Below, one piece after another: positions 1 to 14,200 of a stretch of DNA of 64,000 bases. Under the pieces are notes generated by a model. The model was not told where the DNA came from and did no database searches. It saw only the letters and a list, made by a program, of their open reading frames with translations. This DNA is from Amphiscolops sp. MND2022 (taxonomy: Eukaryota): NCBI GenBank assembly GCA_964187785.1, contig OZ076409.1, positions 66,528,001-66,592,000 on the forward strand, in the 5' to 3' direction. Each line of letters starts with the position of its first letter. Position 1 is the stretch's first letter. Position numbers and translations under genes: made by a program.

Positions 1-1770
1 CATGTGATTTCATGCACAACCACGTTTTCGAAATTCCCACAAAATGAGCGATTTCTTTGAAGTTGCTAGTTGTTTCCAAAGGGTTTTTGATGAGAAGCCC
101 TTGTTGGCCTCCAATGTTGATAACCTGATAGCTTGAATTGGTTTTACAAGATAAATCAAACGAAATCTGAAGAAAGGTTGTTTTTAGAAGTTTCCTGTTG
201 CTCTGCAAACTAACTGACTTAATTAGTCAACGTATTTTTCAAGATCAGAAAAAGTTCGTATCAGGTTGTTACCAGGTGGCTCGAAATGCTAACTGAACCA
301 ATCTTTCGGTTTACGAAAAACCCTAAACCTCCCTTAATGCCATGCTACCCTGTGTAGCGTTAGAACTCGGCGAAAATTTTTTTTGGGCGACGTTTCGCAT
401 TGTCGCGTCAGTGTTGATACCAAGTCGGTCTAAGAGAAGTTGTAAAGTTGCTGATTTTTTCTGTTGACAGTCGATTTAGTCTGTCGAGTTCACAAAGTAG
501 TGTGGGAAACTAATTTGCTTTTCCATCAATTGAAAATAAAAAAGTGGTACCTTAAATTTTCGGGATAAATTCGATTCGGGTTCTTTTCCTTATTAGTAAG
601 TTTAGATGTCACCCGTTCTTCCTTTCAGGTGTTTAAGTATAAAGGACGGTATATGCCCAGTTTGCCGAATCCGAGGGACAGTTTGCCGAATTTTTCGGCA
701 AACTGTCCCAAATTCTAAAGGACAAATAATCCAACTTTGCTCTAAAGTGTTTTCGATAATGCAAATTGCTGATCTGTACTCGTGTGAAAACCGAATCAGA
801 AAAACATTCTATATATAATTGGGTCTTGGGGAATAAGGTATTTCGTATAAACTTACTTTTCTGCCCCTGTGGCTCTACTAAAACCTGTACGTAGAGAAAC
901 CTTTAACTCCTTCAACTGTAAATCAACGCTCACCGTCTGTAGGCATGCCGAGACACCTTTCGACAACGAGCGCCGAATACAAACAAGGGCGCGACCACAT
1001 TCTGGATGAGGTTGCTCTGCTGGAATTTTCAGATTTACTGACAGCTGAAACCTACCAATTCTGTAACACTTGCACTTTAGCGAGTTGATATCGATTTCCA
1101 TTGAATACGCTTGCTTTTGTGTTGGAAAGATTTTGTGGATTGTGCTTGCTTTTGTGAATTTTGAAAAAGTTCAAGGAAAGGCGTCTAGGATGAACGCTGC
1201 AGACCAGCTCTGATGGAAAGAATGATGATCTTTGACACTGTCTCCTACTGATAGTATTGGAGGAACAACTCTATTGGAAGTCAAACAAAAACTTCAGACA
1301 TTGGGGCGTGGCGTCGACGATCTTCCACGTGGATGTTGACGTACTTCTATCCGGACTCAAAAACTGATTAATATCAGTTCAGACCTTGGGGGATGGTGTC
1401 GACGATAGAGAATGGCCGTGAAAGGGCGAAAAGGGAAGGTTTTGTGACAGACCCACGTGAAGACCTATCTCAAACCAAACAACTAAGAACTGGGAAGTTT
1501 GTAAAGCAACGTATTCTCTGGGGCTCAAATCGATTCCAGACTGTTAAAACACTTATTAAAATACTCATATCGCAGTAGATACAGCTACACAAACTTAGCA
1601 GACTCTCCGAAAACTTATGGCTCTGTATAAGATGGAAGATGTTTACAAGTTTTCTAGAGGAAACATTTTATATTGATTATATTCTTTCCTAGCGTTTGCA
1701 ATATTGTGGTTATAGCGACACAGTATGCTGAAATATCTGGTTATTTTCTAGAGATTAATGTAGATGAGGG

Positions 1771-2224
1771 ATGCCTTCTCATGAGCTAGCTGAAGAACTT
1801 GATCCTTCCAACTCAGACCATGATGCTGATGGAGAGCATGTAGATGTCATACCGACATCTCCAACACCTAATGAAAATGATGGTAGAGTGAGTGAGACTA
1901 GCCAACAGAATCCATTGGATGACCCACCCCCGCCTTATGTAGAGTTCGAAAGTCCTCGGAACTCTAATGAGAACTTGGATGACGATGCAGTTTCTGGGGA
2001 TGATATACCAGTGGACAACATCATAATTGAAGAAGACAGCGTGTCAAATGAAGAGACATTTGACGCTCAGCAACGAAACGAAACAATTTATGAAGATGAT
2101 TTTCCGGTCGAAGTTTTATATAAACTTGATGAAATGATCAACCGACCGCGATGGGTGATTCCTGTTCTTCCTGGCGGTGAACTTGAAACTCTACTTAAAG
2201 CTAGCATAAGATTGGCAAAGCAAG
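1771..2224 (+). CDS. USP9X: USP9X coding exon 1
   Basis: ATG...[26 protein letters not shown]...KQ; donor CAAG|GTAATT; upstream acceptor TTTTCTAG at 1751. Confidence 0.9.
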
Positions 2225-5200
2225 GTAATTAAAACGAGATTTTGATAGAAATGTATCATTTCAGTTGGAGTTGAAAAAATTTGTTTTCCGTTTTGAAAAT
2301 GTATTTTTGGATGAAGTTAGTCCTCCCTGAATGACTTTTGAAATCTGTTCAAATAAATTATGGGGTAATTTATGGCTTGCATTAGCCCTCACAGACCAAC
2401 ATATTCAATTGTGCCTGGAGGTTCGTGTTGCAGCGTATTGGCTCCTGAGAAACTTCACACTACCGAGTCCACTCTTCGACATACGTCAAATTCAGCATTT
2501 ACTTTTCTCATTTCGCCTTGAGGTTTTGATGCGCAAGGTCTCCTTTTGTTCTAGCTTGGAAAGAGATAGAATAAAGAAAATTGTGTTCTTAAAAATTTCG
2601 TTTTTCCATTTTACCAATTTATCGATCCGAGACAAACGGCTGTCAAGTTCCAAAAACTTGCATGAAGATTTGATCGTTTCAGATGCGGTCGTATTCACCA
2701 CATTTCTTTCCATATGATGTCCTGTATCATTTACTGTTTCAGGTCTTGACGAGAAAAATGCTGAATGTATGAGATTTTACCGTGAAGGATTGTATCATTC
2801 CACCATGAAGATTTTGACAGACGAGGCTGTACAGAATTGGAAAGCAGATATTCAGGTGATTATCTCTATATATAATTTGTTATCAAGCTGTTTTAGCTGT
2901 TTTAAATTGTCAGAAATGGCTGGGTTACATGATTAGTTGCACCCGAAGGTTTGTCAAGGTTAAGACATCCCTCCCTTGGGGATTATGGCACTTAGAGGAT
3001 TCTACCTTCGCTGGTTGATGGCGGGTCGATCTACAACATTTTAAAATTTTATAAATGTGTACTAAAGAGTCCATGGTGGAAATATATAGTAAAATAGCGA
3101 ATCTACAACGCATCCAAAGGGGATCCAACGCATCCATTCTTAACACTGTTTTTAAGCCAATTACGAGAACAGATGATCGCCCCTTCTGTTTTTTAGCACT
3201 CTTTGACTTTCTCGAAAATTTTTTGAAGTTTCCCCTTCTGTATTTTTGATGACAGAAGCGTTTTTCAAGCCTAAGGGATTTTTTTAATGTTATCCTATAA
3301 CTGTCCCCGGTCATATTATCTGACAGCTTATAAGTCATTGTTTTGGTTCAGTTGGGAGTCTTAGGTAGTCGCATAACCTCTTGATAAATTATAATCAAGT
3401 ATTTATTCAATTTGTCGAATAAATAGGCACCGGGCTTCATGATTACGTCAGAGCGAAACTTTTGTCTGGAGTGATAGAGATAATGATATGATGTTACCGT
3501 TTCTTCTCAAGAAACGCTTAATGGGGATCCATCCACAAGTCCTATGCATATTCGTTTAGACCAGCTTTGCAGTCGATTTCCATCTTGTCTTTCTAGTTTT
3601 TGTGGTGGTGTAATAGAGTAAGGGTCTCCGAATCTTCGATCTAAAATACTTTCTAGGTTTTTCCGACAGTTTTCCGTAGTAATTTCTCAATTTCGTTATT
3701 TTCGTCATATGGGAAAGGAAAATATTTAAATCGAACAGGTTTTCTTACAAAATTTGCCAAGCACCAACTTTATATTTAAATCTAAGGGTGTTACCCATAG
3801 AATTCAACTTACATAAATTTAGCTTCGTGCGATTTGTATTTGTGGAGATTTCCGGTCTTTTTTGTTGAACCCAGAATGACCCAGAAATAGTAAAAACTGC
3901 AATTTTTTTACGTTTTATTGCGATTTTTGTCAATTTTTCAATAGATGTCGTGGATTAGATTGCTGAAAATGCTAAACATGGCACTAATTCGTTGTCCACT
4001 AGGCTTCTCAGAAGAGATAGTTGCTGTTTCCTAAATGAAAATGTTTCAAATTGACACCGAAAATGACAAAAAGTCCAAAATGTTCCAATTTTTGAAGATT
4101 TTATCTATTTTATTTCATATTTTCGACAGCCTTCGTCAACTGGAACGTTGAAAAGAGTCAACATGGAAAGAATATGTTGTCCAGTGTGCTTAGAAAACAG
4201 AAAAATGCTTTCCGATTTTCACTATTTTTGTTCAATTTTTGTCGAAATATCGATAGTCTTCGTGGACTAGAATGGTAAAACGCCTAACGCATGGGCAAAC
4301 GGGTTTCCATTACCTTTCGTCATGAGATAAGTTCAATTTGAAAGAGGAAAATGCCTCAAATTGAACCTGAACTGTTAAAAGACTTGAAGTTTTTGCCGTT
4401 TTTGATGCATTTTCTGTACATCCGAAAGATTTTGCTCTAAGTTCTAGCAGAATCAACTCAACAACGGAAAAGCGAGCTTTGTATTCCATTTTTAGAAGAG
4501 AACGTTGCAGCGTTTTGCTTCAAAAACACTTCAGAATGACTCCGAAGCAGTCGAAAATTTTCAACATCTTCGTTTTTGTGCAACTTGTGTACTTTTTTGA
4601 ATAGTTTTGGAGTCAGAATGTTGGCAAACGTTCAAGAAAGACTGAATTCATACTCCAGTAGGCTTTTAGAGGAATATTTGCAAACTTCTGTTGAAAATAG
4701 CTCAAAATTGACCGCAAAAAGTCGAAATTTTCGTCGATTTCCAACATTTTTAGTGAATTTTTTGAGATTAGAAGATTTCGGTAAAATAAAGGCTTCGAAA
4801 AGCTTCAGATGATAAAGCTATGTCCGAAGCACGTTTTTCAAGAAAATTGCCTAATTTATTGTTGGAAGTTTCCTCAGAATGACCCAAATCTTGGAAAAAC
4901 TGAATTTTCAAGTTCTACAATTTTAGGCAGTTTTCTGTACAATTTTTGAGCAACTTCCTTGCATGAAATGGTTCAAGAACTCAAGAATGACTAATCCTGT
5001 TATCTCCAGTGGGCAATTTTGGAGATATAACTCCATTTTTTGTTGGAATTGGCTTAAAAACCCCAAAAATCCGTGAAACAACTAAAAAGCACGTCGTTTG
5101 ACAAATTCAAAGCACGAAAATTTTTGAAGAATAGAACTTCGAATGACCTGAGAGTTGAAACAAAAAGGTATTCAAAACGCAAATAGGGAAAAAGTGGGAT

Positions 5201-8200
5201 GAAGTTCATCGAGTTTACAACAAAGGTGTCAAAGTTTCGAACTTTCTTTATTTTCGACAACAGTCTCAATTTTGAACCTTTTTCGAAATCTTCACTGAGA
5301 TATACCATAGGCTCAAGATTGAACAATGTAGCTAGCGGTAGTGTTTCGAACCGATATCAGACAATTGATATGCCCAACTTTCGAAAACTTCTCTTGAAAA
5401 CGTAAATTTCGACCTCATTTATCCAATATTTAATCAAAAACCGCCAAGCAACATCACTAGTTATCATGTACACCTTTCAAAGGAAGATGTTTCGTGCTAC
5501 TTCGTGCAAAAATATAACAAACCCGGATCGCTGAACTTTCCTAAATTTACAAAAGACCTCTTTTCAAACTTTTACCATTTTCTCAGTGCCAAAAATTATC
5601 TCAGGAAGTACGCCTGAGACTAGGAAACCACTTTTTGCCCTACAGGAATCACAAAAAAATCCATTTTTTGATTTTTTTTCTGGTAAAATTCTCATGGCGA
5701 AACGAGTTTCAGCTCGCAAAAACTACCTGTCTCAAGCCGAAATCACCAATGGAAGCAAGCGGTACTCTTTGATCAGCTGAAAGTTTCGAAAAGACGCACA
5801 GAGTCGAAAAGCTGAAATGAGGTAAATTTTATTTGATCAAAAGTAACAAATAAGTCACCCTCAAGACTCGGGAAACCTATTTCCTTTACAGAAAACCTCC
5901 AAATTCAAAAATTGAGAGAAATGTTTTTCAAAAATTATTTTCAAAAAAGTTATTGAAAATTCTCTCTTCGAGACTCGCATAGTGCCAAAAAACGATAAGT
6001 GGCCAGCTATTGCGGAAATTATAGGTTAAGGGTTTCCTTTGGAATGGGCTAAAATGAATCAAAGCTTTTCTTTCTTCGAACTTCTTTGCGTTTTTATAGT
6101 GCTTTGGCTATTCTTGAGCCTCAATTCTATTTAGTTGTAGAACAGTTTGGGGCGGAAAATCTCGCTGCTCAGCGGGCGTCTTGTTTTTGAATATGCGGAT
6201 TTTGCAAGTCGTATGAGAAGGAGGGCGAGTTTGAGTAATAATTTGTAGGCGGTCATCCTGCTGCATCATCGTCTGTAGTTTTCTTTTGAAGCTATGTTAT
6301 TTTTAGGGCCATTGCCTTTTTAGTCGGCGCTTTTCCATCAAGGGAAAAATGCCCGACTATAGCAGTGACTGTTTTTAGTCGGCGCTTTTCTAGGGAAAAG
6401 TGCCCGACTCTTACAGTGGCTAGTTTTTTTCGTCAGACTACAATCTCACTCTGATTGGGCCACTTTTCTTACAATCGAAACTACTAAAACTACTAGCATA
6501 AGGCCAAGTCCGGTCAGCGGAAATTAGTGCAAAAGGGTCCCTCTTTCATTTTTAAATTTTTAACCGTAACCTACAAAACCGGGCGAGACTAAAAGGTTCT
6601 ATTTTTTTCGGCATTGTGCGACTTTTTTCGAAAATTTTTTAATGTCTCAAAGGAGTCCCCCTTTCGAGTTTTTTGATATTTTGCAACAGAATATATGTTA
6701 ATAAAGCCCGAAGGGTCCCCCTTTTACATTTTTCGGCACTATGCGACATTTTCTGAGAGAAAAAAAATCAAAAATTTCAAGTTTTTTTAAAAAAAGTCTT
6801 TTGCGCATTTTGAGCCTTATAGCGCCGACTTTAGACGTTCCCGTCTTGTTTTTTCTTCAGACTCAATCCTCACACTGATCGGTCCACTTGTCTTACATTT
6901 TCGGCTCTGTGAGAATTTTTTTTCGAAAAAAAATTTTTCCTTTCATTTTTTTGGAGTTTTCCGACAGAACGGATGTTGAAAAATCCCCCCTTTCAGTTTT
7001 TCGACATTGTGAGACTTTTTTTCATTAAAAAAATTTTCACCAAAAGTGCCCCTCCTTCAATTTTTTTGATTTGCCACAGAATGGATGAAAAATCTCAAAG
7101 TGTCCCCTCTGGTGCGCCAATTCGGTCCTTTTGCTGTTTTTGAGCCTTAGATATGGCGCCGACTTGGGCCGTTCCCGGCTTGTTTAGTATATCTGCGATA
7201 GCAGGAATATTATTGAAATCTGAAGATGTCTACTTTTTTCAGTAAAATTCTCACACGATACTGAATAATTCAGATATTTTGTTCGGCAGTGACTGTAAGC
7301 GTGACAATTAAATTTCTCAAGCTGCTGACGACAATTGAATTCTCGTGCGATGGAACGAGCGAGTGGTAATTATGCATTCGTACGCTGACGTCATTGAGAT
7401 GACGCGAGCGAATGTTCGTAATTGTGCTTTCGTTGCTCCCATTTATTGAGATGAATGAAGCGAATGAGTGTTAATTATTTTTTCGCAGAGAGCTTCGCCT
7501 GTTTTTGCACATGACGAAGTCAATGTGCATTGCAGTCCAGCTAAAGAAAGTTTTTTTTCCCACAATAGTCAACTTGATAAAGAGCGCCTTTTAGACAAAA
7601 GCCAAAACCCCTGAGAGATTCGAACCTGCAGCCTCCCGATTGCACGGCATAAGTGTTGACCACTGTGCCATAGGGACGTTATTGAACAAAGTTGAACTGT
7701 TGAATATATACGCATGCGATTAAAATAATATATATACGCATATTAAAATAATGTCTTCGTCATGTGTTGCGAAGCACCGCTTCGCCTCTGTGTCAAATAT
7801 ATATTTGCTTTAGTGAGAGATTTACTACTAATACTACTAAAAGACAGAGTTTATTCTAGTCAACAAAGAAATACTTGATGATATTCACATGTACAGATTT
7901 TTTAACAACAGATTTGAAGGCGGTATAAACTGGTACAGTGATTAATTGTGCGCTAAATAATGATTAAACAGGGGTGTATTGGTATTCCAGATATGATTTT
8001 ATTATTAATGAAAGATTGAAGCAGAAATAATAGTGTGCCCCGGAGGGCCTATTTTTGAACTCTGACCAACAGACTTGTTGAATGTATGGTTTGTTCTTGA
8101 ATTAACTTGAGGTGTTTTGTCTTTCAATATTTCTGCGGTTGAGGTGTTTTGTCTTTCAATATTTCCGCAATGTTATTTTTCTCAAGACCTATTTGTCGAG

Positions 8201-11200
8201 CCAATTTTGATCGGCTACCCCAAGTCTTGAGCTAGTTCAGTTAATTCTCGTAGCAGCGCGTTCAATTGAGATGAAGCGAACGAGTGGTAATTATTCGTAC
8301 GCCTAGAGCCTCACCTGCGTTTAACTAAGAATACGAAACGTCATGCGAATGCGAACTGGGTCCTGTCGAAGACACCTCAGTGCAACATTTCATACCAACC
8401 CTGATCGTTGGCAAAGGGGCTCAGTGAAGTCAGCTTGGCAGAGGGCCAATGCCTAGTTTCTTTTCACGTCACGAGCTTAATTACTATGGTTCTTCTAGCT
8501 TTGAAAGCTACAAATTTGGCTTCGTCTTTTGTTTAAGAGAGGGGTCTTTTTCCTGTTGTAGTCGATAGTTACATTTTGCCAATTGCTACGGAAAACTGTA
8601 TTGGATCGTCACTTCAACATTCCGGGTAGAAGATATAACGTCTGTTTGACCGCAAAATCGCTGATGAAAGGCTTCTGTATTTTATCTAAGCTGATGACAT
8701 TTTGACTGCTACAAAGAGGTTCTACTTGTCAGATCTTCTCAACGATGTCAATCTTAAAGGTCTCGCGTAGGAAAGAAATTGACGGTCGTATTACTTTTCA
8801 GGATCTCTCAATTTATAGAAGTGGTACGAGTATAGAATGCATACGTTCGACAGTCATATTACTGGATGATTTCCTCAGTTTATCGTGCTCACTTTGGAGG
8901 CTCTGTAATCTCTTCCTGTTGAAGGAGCTCCTGTTGAGGCTGAATTGATGTGAATTGAACATCTTTCGTTTTGTTGCACATGACGAAGTCAATGTGCATT
9001 GCAGTCCAGCTAAAGAAGTTTTTTTTCCACAATAGTCAACTTGATAAAGAGCGCCTTTTAGAGAAAAGCCAAAACCCCAGAGAGATTCGAACCTGCAGCC
9101 TCCCGATTGCACGGAATAAGCGTTGACCACTGTGCCATAGGGACGTTATTGAACAAAGTTGAACTGTTGAATATATACGCATGCGATTGAATATATATAT
9201 ATATATATATATGATGCAATAAGGGGTCGATGTGTTTAACGACAGCAGCCTCAAATCGACCCTGCTAAAGCAGATGTGGGACTTTTTCACGAGAAATAGG
9301 ACGTCAAACAATCCTTGTAGTTGGATCTATATTTGCTTATGTAAAAATTGTCGTGCCAATGAAATGTTTTAAATACGGGAGCGACCCTCCCTGTGGCAAT
9401 AGCTACGAAGCCTTTATAATAATAAAAATAATATAGGGCACAATTATTCATTGTACCAGTTTATATGAAGACCTTGATGTCTCAGACGTAAATATTGATT
9501 CTCAACTCAACACGTATAGCTGAGTAAACGGAAACTCTGGGATAACAATGAATGCATTTCGGTATGAAACCATCTTCAGCAAATACAAATCTGAAAATAT
9601 CCACAGGTTATTAAATAACAGTAAAATCTGGAAGACAATTATTGTAACACAGAGGCGAAGCGGTGCTTCGCAACACATGACGAAGATAGCTCTACGTTGT
9701 ATATATATTTAAATTTCCCGTATTTAAAACATTTCATTGGCACGACAATTTTTACATAAGCAAATATAGATCCAACTACAAGGATTGTTTGACGTCCTAT
9801 TTCTCGTGAAAAAGTCCCACATCTGCTTTAGCAGGGTCGATTTGAGGCTGCTGTCGTTAAACACATCGACCCCTTATTGCATCAGGATATTGGCTCTGTA
9901 CCCAGATCGATACCAGAAGTCATGGCGTTGTTCTTCACATCTGATGTCTGGAAGTTTGACTCTTGTTTTGCGACCGTTCCATTTAATTTCAGCAAACTCA
10001 GCGAAATCCATGTCATAATGTCCCAAGTAGATATTGTTATATAGAAGTAGTTCCTTGAGCACCTTCATATAAAGTGGAGGCAGCAGATTGCACAGAGTTA
10101 AAGCTTCTTCATAGTCTCGGTCTCCCACTAACCATGTTATAACTTTTCTATTAAAGCTTTCTATGAGTTTATGTTCACTACGATTTAGGTCCCAACATTC
10201 AGAGGCGAATAAGAGTTGGGCTGATTACAGCACAGTATAAGTGGATCTTGCTGGTTGTGGATAGCCTAAAACTGGTGTTTCGTTTCGTGAGGAACCAACA
10301 TTTCGTGGCTTTTGAGATCCGGTCGTTTGCGTGGTCAGACCAGTTAAGGTTATCTTTGATTATGAGACCCAAATCTTTGATTTCTTTTCTGTGTTTCATG
10401 ACATTTCCCCCTAGGGTTAAATCACTGAGATTGTCAGATTTTCTGAATGTAAAGGCAGTAATAGAAAAGTTTTTGTAATTGAAAAGAAGGCAATTCACGT
10501 TGGTCCAGCAGTGCATGTTGTAAAGGTCTTCTTGTAGTTCCGTAAGAGCTCTGTTTCTTGTTCTGCTTATCAGTTTTAGATCATCTGCAAAAAGCAGTGC
10601 TAGTGCAGAGAACACAACATTCGGTTATATATAGAAGAAACGAAGGGGGTCCGAGGACGGAGCCTTGAGGCACACCATATGTTACGACTCGTCTCTTAGA
10701 CTCAACATCTTCAATCCTCATGCTTTGGGTTCTCCCAGTTAAATAGTCTTGAATCAGGCGATAAAGGTTATCGTTCAAGTTTAGTTGCAAGAGTTTTCTC
10801 ATCAGGATTGAGTGCTTTATAGTATCAAAGGCTTTCGAGAAATCAAAAAGCAGGAGGCACTTGTAGTCTGATGCTGCACCAAAGTTTTCATAGACTCTGG
10901 ACAAACTGCGGATCAATTGGATTACTACAGAACTTCGAGGAAGGAAACCGTATTGGTTCTCGGAGACCAGTGGTAGAAGACAATTCAAAATAATTTCTGA
11001 GATGAATTTTCCCATTATCTTCGATACGATACTGAGGAGTGTGACAGGTCTGTAGTTCGTCACATCGTTGTTTCTTTCATCTTTATATATTGGGGGCACC
11101 AGGCCGTGTTTTCACGATTCTGGAAATTTCGCTAGTCTTATGATATTGTCAAAGCAGCTTCGAGGACTTAGAAAGACTTTAGGAAGTTTCTCTGAGAATT

Positions 11201-14200
11201 ACTGGTGGTAGGTTATCAGGTCCTCTGCTTTTGGTCATCGCTAGTCTTATGATATTGTCAAAGAGCAGCTTCAAGGACTTAGAAAGACTGTAGGAAGTTT
11301 CTCTGAGAATTACTGGTGGTAGGTTATCAGGTCCTCTGCTTTTGGAGGCGTTTATAAGTCGAAGCTCACGTTCGAGCATTTTTTTGCTGATTTTCAGCTT
11401 TATGTGTCCAGTGAGCTGGCTTGCGGTTGGTTCAAATATCTCGTAGTTCCCATCAGTAACTACTGAAACGAGGTAGTCGTTAAACAATTCCGCTTTCTCT
11501 CGAGCATCACTGCCATGCCTCTCGGATAACACGAGTGTGTGGGAAAGGGTCCTTCTGAAAACTCTTCAGATATTTGAAGATCCGGGACGTATCCCTTGAG
11601 GCAAAGAGATATTTTTGTAGTTTTCTCGGTCATTTGACTGCATTTCAACACTTCAGCTCAAAATCAAGCCAAAAAGGAGCAGAAAGCGACTTTATTTCTC
11701 ATTTCCTTTTCAAGGAATTAAGTTTGTGGAGGCAGTGGGATGTTTCCGATTATTTCCAAGGATGATAAGACTGTCTTTTTCCAGTCCTTCTATGTGTGTT
11801 GGCGTCTGTAATTTGATACAACCATTTAAACCATAGTTCGCAGCATTTGTCGACACTACTGTAACAGTACGGCATGAAAGGCTCTTCTATTATCTGGGCT
11901 TTAGCGACTCAAAGTTGCAGAAGCTGTAGAAGACGTTGGATGTCAATTTGGGTTTTCGAATTTGACTTTCAATTTCCACCGGTGAGTGGTTGGAGAATTT
12001 CTGGATGTCAATTGCTTTATCCACTCTGATTATATTTGATTCATTCTCACAGAAGATCAGATCGAGGCATGGCGATTTGGTGGTCTTGAAATTAACAACT
12101 TGCTTCAAACTCATATCAATTATTCTCGAAACAAAATCATTCTCATAGCTGTCGCTTGAATAATATGTATTCCAATCCATTTTTGGTAAGTTGAAGTCAC
12201 CAAAGAGTAATATGTTTCCTTTTGTTTCGATGGAGAGAAACTGAAAGATATTGTCTAATTGACCTTCAGAGAGCCGGTATGGACTCTTTTCTGGCGGATT
12301 GTATATCAGGCTTTCAGCAAAGGTGGCTTTAGCGTGACTTCGATTGCCTCTAGACATTCCTTTATTGGATCAGAGAGTTCACCCAGTTCCAGTTTTCCAT
12401 GAGGGATCCAGTTTCCGGTTGCAATCAGACAGCCACCGTGTTTACTTACTTCGGGATTTTTAATGTTATGTCTATCAGCGCGTAACAACTTGTAATTCGA
12501 GAAAAACAGCTCGGTATTTTTGATGCTTTTAGTCAACCATGTCTCATTCAGTAGGATTATACAAAGTTGTTTCGTAAGACGTAGTCAGCCAAGTCCAATC
12601 TTTTTTGACGGTTTATAATACTTCTGACGTTGAAGAGGAGAACTTTCATTGTTTTCTATCATAAACAGTCAGTTTCCAAGGAATTAGGGTTGGTGTCATC
12701 TTGGTGTTGTACTCTTTTCTTTCTTCGTTGTATTTCCAAATTCGACACCGGGCCTCGGATAAAGTAAACAAATTTTTCAGCATTTTCACCATCTCTCTCC
12801 TTTGCGGAATTTATTTGTTCTCGAATCATATCTCGTTTCTTTTGAGTAATCATGCGAGACACTTAAGCTTTTATAACAATTTTCTGCTGTTTTCAAGTTT
12901 TTCAGAGCCGCAAATATTTTCGCTTTTTGGTCTTTGCCTTCGAAGACCAGTTTTAGGGGCCTGCTTTTCATGTTAGTTTGATGATTTGCATTTGATTCAC
13001 CGAGTGTAATGGCGTTTTTCACCATGACTTTTTCACATTGAAGTCCTCTCTGGCAAAACTCAGCAAAAAAGGATAAATCATCTTGTTATCTTTCTTTTGG
13101 AATCAGTTTTTTACTTTCAGGGACTCTGAACAAAACTAGATTTGCTTCATTTCTCGTTCTCCCTCTTCGCTTTGTCTTGCTGCTCCAGAGGTTCTCGCAT
13201 AATCTCTTTCAATTTTGGAGGGTTTGAGTGTGATATGTTCCATGCTTTAATTTCTCGCGGAATTTCGATTTGTTTCCTCGAATGTTGTCAAGTTTTTCCT
13301 CAAAAGAGTTTTGCATGGACTCTAGCTTGGTGTCGATTTGTTTGTCGATAGGTTCAGATATCTTCTGCAACTAGTTGGCATTTTCAGCAACCTTTTTTCT
13401 CGATTTCCTCAATTTTTGTATTGGGTTTCCAATCCTCTTTCAACATTTTTTTGCCTTGATTTGGCAGCCACAGTTTGGTCATAGCCACAAAATTCCAGTA
13501 TTGTTTTCAATCGCTGAGATCATTTTTAATGGTACATTTGGCCTTTCACCGCCATGAAACCAAATTCCACGGCGGAAACACTGAAGAGATCCATTTTTAC
13601 ATTCACTTTCGCATTCACCACAAGGGTACTTCACTGACGCACTCCGAAGTTTCACCATTTTAATTTGATCTGATCGAACCTTCCCACCAACTAAGGATTT
13701 AGAAGGCCCTATTGATCTATGAAAAAGATTATGAAATGCAGCCTTCCCACCAATTAAGGATTTAGAAGACTTTGAACTAACCTCACTTTCCCTTCAGAGC
13801 TCTTTTTTCTGGGAGGGCTTCTTCTTTTTCTTGTTTTTGAACTTTTCGGGTCCAAATTGTTTGAGATTCTGGCGACTGCTCCAGAGGGCTATTAATAGTC
13901 TCGCTTCGTTTATGATTTTCGGATGTAGTATGCGCAAGTTACAGATCAGTATCTTGTTTTTACGGTTTCTATGAGAGATCAGCTGTTTGAATGCGTCGAT
14001 GGTGATAATTTTAGTACTTCTGAGATTTTGTAAGATTTGGGGATCTTCAAATCTTTGGATGTATACGACAGCGGCAATTCTGTCCTTCAGAGACTTCAGG
14101 ATAGACAAGAGATTGGGGATAGGAAGAGGGGGAATAACTGGAGAAGGCGAATTCTTTCTCCGGTATGGAGTTACCGTGTTGTTGATCAGGTCGTGCCAGA

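Noticed and set aside
3550..5560. Possible degenerate tandem repeat region
   Set aside because: Recurring GAATGACC/AATTGAC motifs are visible, but I could not define a unit or boundaries by eye.
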